A DNA stretch of 62,538 nucleotides, the filler included, from Chiloscyllium plagiosum (taxonomy: Eukaryota): the NCBI RefSeq assembly GCF_004010195.1. It is 3 parts of 2 records of this genome, joined end to end, with 100 filler letters (N's around TTAATTAATTAA, not from the genome) between each part and the next. Parts side by side here need not be neighbours in the genome. Positions count along the whole stretch, not along the records: positions 58,965 to 62,538 come from NC_057717.1; 2 more parts are not named here. One strand, written 5' to 3'. Of the stretch, positions 61,901 to 62,538 are shown piece by piece. A program made the position numbers and the translations under genes. Numbering within the stretch: position 1 is the first letter of the stretch; the number at the start of each line of letters is the position of its first letter. The notes under the pieces were generated by a model, which worked only from the letters and a program-made list of their open reading frames with translations, made no database searches and was not told the origin of the DNA.

Positions 61901-62335
61901 GTCAGTAGTCAGGGTGTGCTGCGCTGTCAATGAGTCAGTACTGAGGGAATGCTGCACTGTCAGAGTGTCAGTACTGAGGAAATGCTGCACTGTCAGAGGG
62001 TCAGTACTGAGGGAATGCTGCACTGTCAGTGAGTCAGTACTGAGGGAGTGCTACACTGTCAGTGGGTCAGTACTAAATGAGCACTACTGATGAATTAGTC
62101 AGTACTGAGAGAGTGTCAGTAATGAGGGAGTGCCTCACTGTTGGAGAGTCTCCTGCTGGAGCGCTGCACTGTCAGAAGGTCCGGACTGAATGTGTGCTCC
62201 ATTGTCAGAGGATCAGTATTGATGGAGTGCTGCACTGTCAGAAGTTAGAACTGACAGAATGCATCAATGTCAGAGGGTCAGTACTGAGGGAACGCAGCTA
62301 TGTCAGACAGTCACTACTGAGGGAATGCTGCGGTC
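58965..62335. repeat. 33-bp satellite/minisatellite, about 100 units, two subfamilies
   Basis: tgtcaggagtttagttctgagggagggccgcac (58965-~61470), then tgtcagagggtcagtactgagggagtgctgcac (~61490-62335); 11-aa periodic ORFs on both strands. Confidence 0.95.
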
Positions 62336-62349
62336 TAAGAGGATTATCT

Positions 62350-62538
62350 AGAATTACAGAACATGGAAAAGTACAGCACAGAACAGGCCTTTCAGCTTAT
62401 GATGTTGTGCCAAGGATTAGAACATAGGACATTACAGTGCAGTACAGGCCCTTCGGCCCTCGATGTTGCGCTGACCTGTCATACTAATCTGAAGCCCATC
62501 TAACCTACACTATTCCATGTACGTCCATATGCTTGTCC
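62350..62538 (-). mobile_element. CR1 3' tail fragments
   Basis: agaacat..acagcacagaacaggccttt / agaacatagg..acaggcccttcggccctcgatgttg are the reverse of the CR1 tails at 53220-53280. Confidence 0.8.

Noticed and set aside
58965..62335. CRISPR-like array
   Set aside because: Units are head-to-tail with no unique spacers; eukaryotic context; no cas genes.
59000..62427. Long ORFs (up to 466 aa) with 11-aa periodicity, including His/Cys-rich frames
   Set aside because: A 33-bp unit is a multiple of 3, so several frames on both strands stay open; no splice signals, domain or preferred frame.

Overview
Eukaryotic, repeat-dominated DNA from a cartilaginous fish. HE1-type SINEs, HER1/CR1 LINEs and the shark-type Penelope ends point to a shark, probably a bamboo or epaulette shark (inference). 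Two N44-TTAATTAATTAA-N44 linkers (28849-28948, 58865-58964) suggest three artificially joined scaffolds. I find no intact protein-coding gene. The only clear host-gene sequence is a pseudogenised GPR139/GPR142-like class A GPCR exon (31991-33133), whose 3' flank is duplicated about 17 kb downstream. The rest is nested, decayed mobile DNA: a near full-length CR1 LINE with an esterase ORF1, two Gmr1-type gypsy elements (integrase before RT), several solo LTRs, a second LINE family with a partner SINE, Rex1/Babar fragments and a 33-bp satellite. Two things stand out. (1) A ~9 kb decayed retrovirus-like provirus (40631-49787) has a CCHC-type Gag, an LPQG/FVDD RT, tether plus retroviral-type RNase H, integrase, an unexplained env-position segment, a PPT and a 3' LTR; it is a candidate basal or lokiretrovirus-like lineage. 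(2) Three Penelope-like families carry minimal hammerhead ribozyme motifs and repeatedly insert as fold-back hairpins, some with 11-13 bp target-site duplications. All family assignments come from motif recognition by eye; no searches were run, and boundaries of decayed elements are approximate.
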